Shown here piece by piece: positions 53,458 to 64,000 of a stretch of 64,000 nt of DNA. The position numbers and the translations under genes were made by a program. The notes beneath the pieces are model-generated. The model had not been told where the DNA came from. It searched no databases and saw only the letters and a list, made by a program, of their open reading frames with translations. Every line of letters starts with the position of its first letter. Position 1 is the first letter of the stretch. The DNA is from Harriotta raleighana (taxonomy: Eukaryota): assembly GCA_050575255.1 (NCBI GenBank), contig JBNZDD010013577.1, forward strand, positions 1,527,696 through 1,591,695, written 5' to 3'.

Positions 53458-53698
53458 CAATTGTGCAACATCAAATCTATTTGCAATGCAGCAAACTCAA
53501 AGCAAGGTATTATTCTGTATACATGCAGGCCACCACCAAAAGTTCAACTAACATAGAATCAGTTGAATATTGTAATAATTAGAGCTACAGGCAACTAAAG
53601 TTGGCCATCTTTGTTGGAAAACTATTTTGAATAACGTAAAGAAGGTCATGAAACTATTGTTTGAGGGTCCCAGCGTGTAGTTTTTAAAAAAATTGATT
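53458..53698 (-). pseudogene. Pseudo-exon with RxP...S..Y...L motif
   Basis: Strong acceptor tttttgtttctctcccttgggtatgtttcag. Reads FKIVFQQRWPTLVACSSNYYNIQLILC*, resembling RGS22 WIKKERLPAFLESDCYFEYRL as recalled. Donor uncertain. Confidence 0.55.
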
Positions 53699-54969
53699 CT
53701 GAAACATACCCAAGGGAGAGAAACAAAAAGGTATACCACTTCTTTAAAAATAATAAGACTTGTGCTCTTAATGGATTCAATTTGTGAAGTACTCACTAAC
53801 AATAAAAAGTGAAGTCTAATTGTATATAACAAGATCCCTTTAACATTTGCTGAAAATTTTTAACAATGAAAATGACATTAATGTATATGCGTTTCATACA
53901 AATTATTACCATAATAGAAAGAAACTGGAGGTCCCTTGACTACAGAGCATGTCACTTAACAGTAATTTACGCCCATGCACCAATTTCGGGATCAGATCGC
54001 AACCGTCGAAAGACAAAAGTCCTCGTAATACCAATTTTGGTTAAGAACAAGTTTTTGTTGCAGTCACCTAATTGCTACTAAAAGGATTTGGTGATGCTTT
54101 AATCCCAAGTTGTGCGTACCCTCTAACATCAGGTTGTGCAGATCAGATCCCTCTTAGATTTCAGAACTACTCAAATAACTGCGCAAAGCGACAGCAATTT
54201 TTTTTACTGCATTTTCATCAGCAAATAAAATTCTAAAACCTTGATTTCTTTGTTTCGCTATTCAAAAAAGTTTGCATATAGGAATGTGGGTGATTTTCAA
54301 GTTTGACTTGTCAATTTAAATGGACAATCTAAGGCTCAGACTAACTCAACTCTTTCAGATTTTTACCCTCCAATTCATGCAGATTTTCTTTATGCCGATT
54401 TCCTCCTCCACCACTCCACTCTGTCCTCCGCAAGCATGCCACATGTTCAAATACACATGCACACACACGTGTACCCATGGTGTGCGCACAAATGCCCAGA
54501 ATTGTACTTATATCCACAGCACAGCAAAAAAATGCAGTTAATATAAACAGTATATTTCCATGCAAAGTTCCCCATTGTTGTAGTTCGTTCCAACAAAGAA
54601 AACATTACAAAGGGCGATGCTGTGCCTCAACATTTTTCTCTCCTCCACCCCCCACCTCCCAACCACCACCTTTCCAGGCTGCTCTTGGCCTTACTGTACA
54701 AAAACAGTGCCAAACCACACAAGGGAATACAAGGGTCATGCACCAACTATGAGAAGTAGGGGCTGAAAGCCTAAAACGTGCCATGCTTTTCCGCACATTG
54801 TCGGCTGCTTGATTGATAGTGTCGTTGATTTAGCATAGGACAATTGTCAGCTTTTCCTGACAGGAGTATAAAAAGAAACATGGAGTTCCCACCCTTCTCA
54901 ACACCAAGTTCATTGAAATATATATTTCGGACGGGAACATGTTTGCAGCATAATTAACTGAATTGAACC

Positions 54970-55707
54970 GTGTAACTTGAATTGCTTTCAAGGACGTTTT
55001 GAATTTTACTCTGGTCTCCCCATGCCCATGAATTGTTCCATGGATCCTGGACTAAATACCACTGAATTTTTAATTCAAACCAAGCAATTGATAAGGTTTG
55101 ACATCGGATCAGTGACAGAGGCTAGCATGTTCATCTCATCTCTTCCTGCACCAAAATAAATTTTGTCCTCCAGTGAAGTTGGAAGTTGGAATTACTGATA
55201 GTGGAAGAGTTAAACTGGGTTCTTAAGTTCAGGGTTTGCTCCTCACAGACTGATGAAACAGCAAAACTTTTATGGAATTGGTAACAATTGAGTGCTATCC
55301 ATTTTGCCTCCCCTGTTTTTATTTTAAAAATATTCCCAATTTATATTCGTGGGACAGTTGGCTCCATTTTCTGGCTGCTAGCATTGGCCCACAAGCAAGC
55401 TGAATCCAGCATGAAAATGTTTATTGATAGCTCAATTGGCAAAGTCACTGCTCAGAGTGGAGCTGAGCCATGTCGACCAGGTCCAATGTCCATCATTTTT
55501 ACACCTGCAAACCCTCCAGTACTTTACTACAATCTCAACTGTTTTAACCAATATCCTAGATCTCAAGCACAGAACAAAATCTTCATAATTTGGTTGGCCA
55601 CACAAACGGAAGAGTTTCATTCAGCTGGCTGACTTTTCTCCATTGTATTATAAATTGCTGGCATATAGTTTAATCAGCGTATATAGACAGATCATCCAGA
55701 TGGAGAA
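54970..55707 (-). pseudogene. Pseudo-exon, RGS22/RGSL1 N-terminal-like region
   Basis: Acceptor ctttttggttacag before 55707. Fragments MKLFRLCGQPNYEDFVLCL (cf. RLPxFxxSxxYxEYxLC) and FQLHWRTKFILV (cf. LxxYWxPRFL). The 3' end is approximate. Confidence 0.5.
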
Positions 55708-55774
55708 CTGTAACCAAAAAGCCACAATTGTTGATTATATGGATCAGAAGCTCATTTTTCCAAGTAGTGTACTT

Positions 55775-56115
55775 TATTTCAGCTTGGCTCAGTTGGTAGT
55801 ACGATTGCTTCGAGGTCATTAGGTTGTGAGTTCTTGCATTAAGATAGCTCAATAGTTCACAATCTTGCTGACACTTCAGTGTAGTATTGAGGGAGCACTG
55901 GAACGTTGGAGATGTAGCCCTCTGGATGAGACCTAAATTTGTCTGTCTTTTCAGGTGTAAGGTCCCATGAAACTTTTCAAATATAAATGTTTACCTAGCT
56001 GTCCTAGCCAATAATCCTCCAGAGAATGTTCAGTACATTGTTACATACAAATTGACTGTCACTTCACTTGTGACTGTTCAACATGATAAGGTGTTATAAA
56101 AATGCAAGTTCTTTC
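55775..56115 (+). mobile_element. Old DeuSINE (SacSINE1-like) fossil; minus-strand copies at about 33830-34180 and 37540-37840
   Basis: ggctcagttggtag...gctgacacttcagtgtagtattgagggag...aaatgcaagttctttctt. Confidence 0.7.
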
Positions 56116-57589
56116 TTCTATGCGATATAGTCAGGCTGCTTATGTTTAAACTGAAGATAGTCAATCGGTACTAACTTTCCTAACTCTCCACGAATTAAGT
56201 TTTCATAATACTGGCTTGACAATGACACCTCCACACCCCCAACCCATCCCATCATCACCCAAAATAGTAATGTATTGTGGCCAGAAGACAAGGATGACAA
56301 ATATAAAATTGCAACAAATACACAAGTTTCATTGTAACCGGTTGCAAGTCATATTACCAGATCTGTCAAATATACCCTGTAAACAGATGAGCAGGATAGC
56401 ATGCTGCAGAACAACATTTTATGATATTTTGGTGATAAACACAGCAAAGAGCAACATGAGGATATACCCGGAAGTAAAGCAACTCCTCCCACACTCCCCA
56501 GCTCCTTCTTGTCTAGTTCAGCTACTACAGCAAAAATCTCACTGTACATTAATCACAGCATTACCCATATCAACCTCTTCCCCCCCCTCGCTCACCCCCA
56601 CTACCCATTTTGAGTCCCACCGCAAAATTCAGAGGTGTAAAGTGACCATTTGACACACAGAACTAATAGCCAATGTGTGTGTTTTTCTACTCAAGAGCAA
56701 TTTGAGGCTTTTTGACATTCGAGCTTTGTTGCTTTGTTGGCCTGTTCTGTGTTATTTATGAATCTTTTTCGTTGCTTAAAAATCTAATACAGCAGAATGT
56801 GCAGTATATGTTCTGAGTGCACAGGAAGCAAAGGAATGAAGAAATGTTGGAACACTGCCATGTACTTTAAAGATGCAATATGATGGTAATAGAAGGTGAT
56901 TATTGACGACTAGCAGACAGTTGATGGATGCTTTCCTGTGCAAATGACACTGCTGTTGTATATCAGGATTCATCATGTGGCATAAAAGTACCAAGTTCTC
57001 TCTTTCCTCAAGGAGGAAAATGATCTTTTAACCACTTCAGACCCGCTCCCTGCAGCTTTCTGTTATCGGCTGGGAGATGTGGTCTTTTTTCAATAAGTCA
57101 TACTACACATCCTATTAAAATGTCTGAGTTAATCTAGAGAGTTATTTCTGTGTCCTTTTTAAAAAAAATTGGGGTAATATTTTCAGTGATAACACTTGGC
57201 AGCTCCATCGGCGATTTAGCTAGTAAAGGCTTTACTTTCAGTGTAAACTGAACCACAATCGTGTCAACAATTTGCACTCGTATAGAAACCGTTTATGTCA
57301 GAAAACATCTTGAAGGGTTTCGGACCACAGAATGTGGTCCAAGCAGGGTGCAAGATGAGGTCATGCCAGGCAGGAGGCAAGGTTTGAAAGAGATTAGGTT
57401 TCTAAAAGGATTTTCAAAGCATAGAGGAACAATGCAAGATGGAGAGGTTTAGGGAGGGAGTTTCATACTTGTGAATAATATCACTAAGTGGAGCATGCAT
57501 GTAAGGAATAGAAGATTCAGGAAACAACCCTGAGAAATACTTCATATGTCAATAAGGGGAGAGTAGAGAAACTGGTGGAGGAGTGATTG

Positions 57590-57900
57590 AATACCTTGGT
57601 ACCGACCCCTCCACTCAGCAGGCTCTGGCAACCTCCACGTCCCCTGACCCACCCACCCCACCACTGGTGGGCACGCCTTCCACCACTGCCCCCAACCTCT
57701 GGAACTCCATCCCGCAGTCTGTCCACCTTGGCCCCTCCCTGGCCTTCTTCAAGTCCCTCCTTTTCAACGGTCCCATCGGTCACCCCAATCGCCCCTTTCC
57801 CTCCACCCTCTCTGTCCTAGACCCCAGCTTGAGTCCGAAACAATGACTGTCCAGCGCTTTGGGACGTCCTCCTGACATGAAAGGCGCTATGGATAAGATT
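57590..57900 (+). mobile_element. L2 3' end
   Basis: Pyrimidine-rich ...ctctggaactccatcccg...cttcaagtccctcct followed by the tail cagcgctttgggacgtcctcc..gaaaggcgctat. Confidence 0.8.
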
Positions 57901-58959
57901 GTTTGTGATAACCTCACAAAAGTGATTGGCCACTTAGGTGTGATGTGTGACAGCAGCTAGTACCTTTGGAAGCAAAGCTAATCACCAGGAGAAAGGTTCT
58001 CCCACCTCTGCAAGCATAGATTGCCAAACACTATCATGTGGAGCACGTCCCTAACATAAATCGAGCAGAATCTATTATCATAGGATGCTTTTTGACATAT
58101 TGTAACATCGTAATGCTTTTGCTAAAGATTTAGTAATTGTGACATCCACTAAGCAACACCTCATCTGAAACTATTTTACTCCTTGTGATATGCCCCCTAG
58201 TTTGTAACCCCCTGAGTGAATATTTCTCCTCGATTTATGGCAGAATAGATTTGCATGACAAGTCCATTGTCATAAGAGCACCTTGCAAGCCACTTCAACA
58301 GGCCTGTAAAGAGAGCTCCGGGCAATGATGTAATCAGTGACTAATGTCTACAACTCTTCACGCTGAAGCTGTTGCCACATCTGTTCCAGCAAAAGCCCAT
58401 TTCAACTGCATACATGGAAGACCTTCAACCCAGTTTTCACAAACGTTGAACCTGCCTCAAAATCTCCCAGTAGAGATTGACATTCCTTTAACTTTCAATA
58501 TTTCACAGCAATGATATGAATACAATACAGATGCCTGGTGTAATGTGGATATGTTTGGTGATGTCACGGAAACAAAGTCTCTGAATCATTCAACCCTTTC
58601 AAAAATAAATCAATTCTTTCTATTATTTTCAACCAATTGTGGGCAGCATCATAATGCACCCAATCTTGTTCTCCCCTGACAGCCACACACTCATGCTTTC
58701 CAATAGGTGGTAACTAGATGGTGATTAGAAACAGAAACCCTGGGCAATTGTGGTTTCCTGTGTAGTTTATTGGTGCAGAAGAGAGTTGCAGTCATAATTT
58801 CTGGCCTAATTGAGATGCTGAGGCATAGTGGGAAATGTCCATGGCAGGATAGGATTTGCTGAACAGAGTACAGTGGATGGATCGAACATCTTTCCTTTAT
58901 TCCATTCTTCCCTGTGTTCTTATTAAGTCTCTGTCTCTTTAAATCACACCCTGCAACAA

Positions 58960-59250
58960 ACTGTTTTCATTCCAGAAGTCTGTCCTGCTTATTTGACCCC
59001 AATTGTGCTTTCCAATAAAATGCAACGGAATTAATGCAGGGATTAATTATTTCCGCAAAAATCATTGAAGGTAACTAAAGAGTTAATGTTTAAAAGACTG
59101 TTATAAATTCTTTGACAAAGCAAAGGGTTGCTGTCAATTGGGCAGTGTGAAAGCTAATCACTTTACTTCAACGCATTTAGGAAAAAAATATGAAGCAGTC
59201 AGCAGTGTAAAAAAAATCCTAATGTATTTCAAGTAAAGCAGACTCTTGGA
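58960..59250. promoter_or_regulatory. CNE/enhancer-like block
   Basis: aattaatg, gattaattat, tgacaaa, ctgtcaatt and ctaatca clusters. Confidence 0.4.
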
Positions 59251-62200
59251 AAGAAATAGTGCGACCCAACACACACCAGGTACAGTCTGTCACAGAAGCC
59301 TGTAGTCCCTTACAGTGCAATGTCTCTGAAGTAACTAACTGCAATCCAGCAAGAATTGAGCCTCCTGCATTCTGTCAGACCCTGACATTTAGCCAGAATC
59401 CTCCAACAAAGGAAGTAATCCAAAAGATTGGGGAATTCATCAGTCAAATCCCATAAGTGTCTGTATCTGATACACTAACAATCTCTTCACCTCGGCATTT
59501 CAGGAAAATATTTAGTCTACTGGATCGACACATCTACAGATGAAGGGTTTGTGTCAATTGCTGAAACACTGTGCTGCACATTCTGCAATGTATCTGCCCT
59601 CTGTTCACCCATATGCCATGTAAGGATTGACTCAGAACTACTCAATGAAGGGATAAGAGATTGTAAATGGGGGCTTAAGGTGAAAGATTACCACCAAGGA
59701 CAGGAAATTTATTTTGTATTTGTCTGATGTTCCACAAAGTTCTTGCTGTCAGATTCAACTTCATGTGTTACGATCTCTTGTCTCTCTCTTACCATTTTTT
59801 ATTACCCCTTTAAGTCAGGCTGTTGCTCTCTCTTCCCCCGTTATCTTGGTGCAGTACTTTCCTCCCAATTTCTTGCTGTTTAATATCTTCCAGGCCATTC
59901 TTCTTTATCCCAGTAATTATTCCCATTCATCATTATGCTCTGTACATGTGTAGGTCACCAGTTTAAGCTCTTAACTTTTGGTTATGTTTAAAATGCATGT
60001 ATAAGCGTGACTTAATCAATCTACTGTCTTTGGATCCGAACATCATCTGGAGGACTAATTTAGGGGTACACACCAACATCTGGGGTACTCTTAATCAATA
60101 AGGCTCAATACCTCTGTAAACACAGTGTGCAGTTACTTGATCAACCTCAATAGGATACGTTTCTAATCTTGATGGTCGTTATAGGATTGTCAAAATTCAG
60201 CCCCTCTTCTAAATAAAAGTGTATTGAAATACTGAGATTAGTTTACTGCTTAAATCTATAATTTTTTAAAATTATGCAGGAGATGAAGGGCGTGGGTACG
60301 TATCAGGGTTTCAAATCTTACAGTAAGTCCATGAATAGATGTATTAGGTCCAGTCATGTGTGAACAGAAGTGAGCAATTTAGCTCATCTCATCTCAAAAT
60401 GTTGATCTCCAAAATAAACATTTCAGATTCATAAAAATAAAATAAATTATGACCTTTTTTGCCAACCCAAAGTTTACAACTGCAATGCATAAAAAGAAAC
60501 GATGATTGTTACTTTCAGTGACCATTCTCCCAGGGAATTATATATGACATTATCTAGTGTCTGCACCATTTGCCTTTTAAGATTGCTGTAAGTGTTGAAG
60601 AAACTTTGACTGTTCAATCAAATTCTGTGTTAAAATATCTGGTAACCAAGATGTTAGCCTATATGAAGGGTCGTATCCTCAGTGCTCCTCTTTAGCAAAT
60701 GTCTCCCCGTGCAGAAATTATTTTCCTACTTTTAGGGATTACACATTTGAAAACATGGTTCCTGGATATCTCAACAAAAATAAGGTGGGGATAGAATAAG
60801 CGATATGCTGCTGAAATGCATTGTGAATTTCAAACAAACAGGGAAACTGAATTGCCTACTCCACCATCGTCTACAGAGATCCTTGTAATCCTCCAGGGCT
60901 CTCAGAACAACAACCAAATAAACACAATCCAGATGGAAAAAGACAAAAGATGTACAGGCAAACACCACTCACTGCAAATGCCAGCTTCAAAAGTTTATTT
61001 TTGTTTATCCTTTGCTGCCCTGAACATCTTCTAATTTCAATAAAACTAACCCTTTATTTGGAAAACAAAGTGTTTTTCAGTTGAAAAGGCTGTCAAAGTA
61101 ACTTATAAATACTGTATATGCAATGTTTCAACAGCCATATCTGCAATGCTTCTGTGCAAGCCAGCGGAAAGTGTTCGCACATTTTGAAGTTCATGGTAAG
61201 AAAATACAACATACTATTTTATACATACATTTTATCCTCATTTCATACCCACACACCACTCAGCATTCTCCAGTCAGATCAATGCAGTGGAGTCCAAAAC
61301 TCCACCTGTGACCATTGTATGGCTATTTGATATGAAATATGCAATGGTAGCCTCCCTGACAGTCACTCCATCCCCCCTCCCCAGCACCAATCAAGTGCTT
61401 GGTCACCTCAGAGGATATCCAACCAGTTGGTGCAACCATTTTGTTCCTTCATTGCAAACTTTCTAAGCAGAAGCTTCCTAACTGGAGCAAACACTGAAAC
61501 AGGATGACCAAAATGCTATCTGCACTATTATCTAATATAAATATATATGTATATAGACATTGCAATGGTATCCCAACTTTTGGTCACCCCGTAGATTGTT
61601 CACTTTCTTTTTGTTTGTTGTCCAACATAAAGGACCAATCTTTATTATAGGCCATGTCTGTTTTTTCCATTGTTGATCTCTTGTGTGCATCTTACAGCTT
61701 GGAATACTCTTGGGCATGTACAACACACAAAAATGCACATGGAACAATACAAGCGTGTGTCTTAGCCCTATTTACAAGTTTGGACAATACACAAATACAC
61801 ATTTTTGTAAGGAGGAAGCTAGACAAACCTTTTTCCTGCAAACTTAAGGATCTCCTCGCAGACTCCCTCCCATTTTAGAATGGCTTGACAATACGCCCTG
61901 GAACCTGACCAGTTGCTGGGCGCAGTTCATAAACGGAAGAAGGGGTCTAAGTCTACTGCTGTGACAGGCATGCTGCTCACTGGCCTGCATCCTCTGATAG
62001 TATATTTTTTTTAGTTAGCTGTCCGGAAGCTCTGCACTGCTCAATTTGTTTTTGATCCTATGAAGACCTTCCTGGGGCTGATGACAGCATGGCTTCCATG
62101 CTGCAGATTGTTATGAAGGGGGAGGACAGAGGAAGAAGAAATCCTCACTTGGAAAACATACTGCACAGTTTGATGATTCGAACATTGTTCTTTGGGACAT

Positions 62201-62514
62201 GCATTGCTTTTATAAAAGGATTAATCTAGAAGTCTGTTTTGTTAATAAAGTTAACACATTGAGTGCAAGGCCAAGTAAGTTGGCTTCTTGCCATGTTGTA
62301 AACTTGAAGTGGAGTAAAAGCTGCTAAAATTCAATCTCAAATCTCTTCCAGGGCATTCTGGATAACTTGGATCAAATTAAAGCAAATTAAAATGTCCATT
62401 AAACAAGGATTTGTTAACCTGCAAATTACACCAGCAAAATTCTGTATAATAATTGCCCAAGGAAAAATGGAAAGTATCTAACACATCATACCATCTAAAA
62501 TCCAATGTCCTAAG

Positions 62515-62710
62515 ATCATAAACATAAGAATTTGCAAGGCAACAGAAGACCAAGTTCCATCTAGTTCGCCTTCCACCAACCTGGCAGTTACACTGTAACT
62601 TGAGATATTATTTTCCAACAGAAATCTGTCTAATTTGTTCTTGAAACAAATTACATTTTCTGCTTGCACTGTCTCCTTAGGGAGCCCGTTCCATACGTTT
62701 GCTACTCGTC
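62515..62710 (-). mobile_element. CR1 3' fragment (second family)
   Basis: VQAENVICFKNKLDRFL on the minus strand plus a ttcttatg tail. A related copy lies at about 3745-3940 (+). Confidence 0.75.
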
Positions 62711-64000
62711 AATCAACAAAGAATAATTAATGATGTGTTTTCTCCCACCCACCCAGGTATCTGCACATTGCAGTAAAAGCTAATATCTACCTGCCTTTGG
62801 TACCTAAGTGACCATTCTTCAAGGGTATGTCTAGACAGTCAATGTTGCCAGTGCATTGGTGCAATGGGAGGCATTGAGCCATGCCCAATCCTATTCTCCT
62901 CCAACAGCCAAACAAGCAGCATGTTTGCTCTGTAGGGAGTAGGAACACTGATAGATGTTTCCCCGTCCCTAACCTAGAGCAGCTGAGGTCTACTGCAACA
63001 ACGCCCGCTGTGATCTGCTAACTCAGCATGGTCAAGGGATCAAGCTATGGCTTTCTTTCCCCAGTGCAATGTGATCCATTTATCCACCAATGTATAGGTA
63101 TTAATGTTTTGTTTTAAACAAATTAAATCGCAGTGGGAAAGATTCCCTGCTCAGATAAGTAATTAAATCAGATACATGATCATATTATCAATGTTGTTCT
63201 GTACTAAGCAATATTAATTCAACATGGAACTGATACAGTGTATAGTACAATGAAAATAATTATACACACAGTACAACCTGCTTGATCTAGGTAGTTAAAA
63301 AACCCAGGCAGTTTCAATAAGTGGTTCTCAAATAAACTTGTAAATATAATACTTAAAATTACTTAAGTGTGGCTTCCCATTTATCTGGGTCAGCACTGCA
63401 TTTACCAAGAACTGTAAACAAGCCAGGTTAAAAAAATTTCAAGAAGTTATGAATAAATTTTAAGCAGCTACTACGGAAAGAATTTCTTACAGCAGCAAAA
63501 ATTAATCAACATAGATTTCCAAACAGAAACACGTCTAATCGATCTGATCCCTGAAATTCCTTTGGTCTGACACTTTTTCACTGCTCTTCAAAAGAAATCA
63601 ACCTCCAGATTCATAACAAATCAAAGAATTTCCTAAAATCTTGCAGATTCTTAAATTTTAATGCCACGGTATTAAGAATAGGAATATAAGCATTTTGGGA
63701 CTCCAGTTGCCTGATGAATATCTGAAGAATATAAATACTTCTGATGAATACTTGGAAGTGACTGTGAACGGGTAAATTACATCCTAATGGATTTCAACTA
63801 AACAGCCTTTGGGCCTTTAATAGGTGGACATTGCCAATTTAAGAATTGTGATTTTCCCACAATTTCTGTTGCCAGTTTTGAACCACATCTCCACCTCCTA
63901 ACCCCGCTCCCTTGGGGACCAGCCTCTGCCTCGGTTCCCTAATGTGACTGACCAGCTGGTCTCTGTGCTTCGACACCAGGCATATGGAGACAAGTCAGGC

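Larger units (their letters stand above)
22570..56400 (-). pseudogene. Decayed multi-exon (unprocessed) pseudogene of an RGS22/RGSL1-like multi-RGS-domain protein
   Basis: Series of minus-strand segments with polypyrimidine-AG acceptors and GT donors. Phases match at several consecutive junctions (31360>29560, 29405>27390, 25187>24993, 24828>23844, 23723>23446, 35599>33261, 39587>37959). Conceptual translations carry RGS22-like motifs in collinear order, with many in-frame stops and frameshifts. Family assignment is from remembered RGS22/RGSL1 sequences. Confidence 0.7.

Noticed and set aside
1-64000. Prokaryotic systems (CRISPR arrays, operons, IS elements)
   Set aside because: No regularly spaced repeat-spacer array and no gene-dense coding. 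The sequence is clearly vertebrate.

Overview
Eukaryotic, AT-rich, repeat-dense vertebrate DNA with no intact protein-coding gene. The listed ORFs are chance frames, retroelement fragments or pseudo-exons. The repeat content (tRNA-headed SINEs ending in (TTA)n, L2-type 3' tails ending in (TTG)n, HER1-like CR1 LINE ends, DeuSINE-like and many AmnSINE2-like fossils) points to a cartilaginous fish, probably a chimaera (inference from remembered consensus sequences). The main hidden structure is on the minus strand, from about 56.4 kb down to at least 22.6 kb and possibly 12.5-14.7 kb. It is a chain of about 20 decayed exons, many with polypyrimidine-AG acceptors, GT donors and matching splice phases. 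Their translations, broken by stops and frameshifts, follow RGS22/RGSL1-family motifs in order and then continue into further RGS-like repeats. This suggests an unannotated, unprocessed pseudogene of a long multi-RGS-domain gene, or a tandem array of such genes. CNE/enhancer-like non-coding blocks lie in and around its introns. Also present are two Tigger-like MITEs, a 72-nt near-perfect hairpin, two assembly gaps and three single-N joins. All protein-family comparisons are from memory and need tblastn/HMM confirmation.
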